NCBI GenBank assembly: GCA_964016885.1
Contig: OZ024741.1
Coordinates: 172,980,001-173,044,000, forward strand
Direction of reading: 5' to 3'
Length of the DNA: 64,000 nt
Source of the DNA: Eledone cirrhosa
Lineage: Eukaryota
Shown here: positions 62,781 through 64,000 of the stretch, piece by piece
Position numbering within the stretch: position 1 is the stretch's first letter
Layout: the number at the start of each line of letters is the position of its first letter
Notes under the pieces: generated by a model
Database searches by the model: none
The model's input: only the letters and a program-made list of their open reading frames with translations
What the model was told of the DNA's origin: nothing
Program-made: the position numbers and the translations under genes

Positions 62781-64000
62781 TTCTTTATTAGCCACAGGGG
62801 CACAAAAGAAGGGGACAAATACAAAGGGGGAAGTTTACATACAATAAAAACGTGTAAAATGTTATCACAGATGGAATTTAAAAGTTAGTCGATTTTCCCC
62901 AATAGAGGGAGACAGTTTATATGGGTAACACATGCCCCCGAAAAAAAATGTGCAACCCTCATCTCCAGGAGTACGAAGAGTTTGTACTCCATTCCTCTCC
63001 TCCTCCTTTTCCTCAACCTACAGGCTGATATAGAGAGAAGGCCCATTCACTCGGGCCATTCTCGCCACTTTCACCCACCTTTCATAAAACTTGCTGGGGT
63101 ACAGCACCTCTCTCTCCATCCTGATTCTTCTTCTTAACTGGAATTTGTAAAGAAGAATCAGTTGTTGGCCGGAGAGAAAGGTGTCTGACCTCAGCCCTTT
63201 TAACCTCGTCCACCATACAACCTCTTTCGCCATAGCTATCACACAAAGGAAAACCGCCCCTCCTTCGTTTTTGAAGGAGGCTGGCGATTTGATCATGACA
63301 ATGGACTAGGTGGTCAACCGGATTGGTCCCACCCGCGACAATAACCGTTCTACATAGCCCCACAGGTCGGTAACGCCGGGGCAGTGTATGAATGCGTGCG
63401 CGACGGTTTCTTCGTCTCGCACGCATCTCGGACAGATCTTTTTAGAAGGGTCCCTGCCCGGGCGCCCATGTCTGTAGAGCTTGTCTCGAACTGGTAGAGC
63501 TCCTCGGTAGCACTGCCAGGCCAGGGACTTTTGGAAGTTGTCCATCGGTCCCGGGCGGAAGGTCCTACCGAACAGACTGGCCAGTTCGTCTTCCTCTACG
63601 CACAGAGTTTCTCCGAGCGCGTCGTCGCACTTGCTGCGGATCAACCCTCTATAGAATGACGAAGTGGAGTCTCCACTGATCGCCGAGTCCGCCTGCCAGA
63701 GGGCTGTGAGCGCCTGGGCCCATTCGATGTGCCAGTCGCCCATTTTCCTCGGTCTTTGCTTGACCCAGGACTGTAGCTCAGTCAGCGAGACGAGTTGTGA
63801 GAAGGCTCGCCTCAGGAACGGGGCCCACACCGGTTGTCCGGTGAGGAATACGTAGAGATGCCGTAGCCTGAGCGCGTGTTTGCGCATCGTCAGCCACGGC
63901 ATCCCCAGCCCTCTGTTGGAAGGGTGTTGGCAGCAGATGGATCTTCTCACCAAAGGAGCCCGCTTGTCCAAAGGAATTGGAAGAGCGCGCGCTCCATTTT
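62781..64000 (-). mobile_element. Second Tx1/L1 element, 3' part (runs off the window), adjoining (TATC)n
   Basis: RRSICCQHP..GLGMPWL..PGPMDNFQKSLAWQCYRGALPVRDKLYRHG is homologous to the 50613-54017 C-terminus. Frameshifted; ends aataaagaaata. Confidence 0.9.

Overview
AT-rich, microsatellite-dense eukaryotic DNA with no recognisable host gene. The repeat repertoire suggests an octopus or other coleoid cephalopod, but that is inference. The window is almost entirely retroelements: three R4/Dong-type RLE LINE families, RTE LINEs with two bipartite non-autonomous derivatives, a full-length Tx1/L1 element with an intact 1134-aa ORF2, three kinds of Penelope-like elements (PLEs), tRNA-derived SINEs, and Helitron-like and pogo/Tigger relics. 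The most interesting points are four. (1) Elements are partitioned by microsatellite with a strict orientation rule: Dong sits in (CATA)n or (TAA)n, while RTE elements and SINEs sit in the same tracts on the opposite strand. (2) At least eight type I hammerhead ribozyme motifs lie in PLE ends or small (TA)n-flanked elements, including a terminally redundant retrozyme-like unit and a family with a long stem II showing covariation. (3) A 43 x 72-bp satellite was amplified from an RT coding sequence. (4) A 616-bp tandem dimer and several foldback palindromes occur at insertion junctions. Element boundaries were read by eye and are approximate unless stated.
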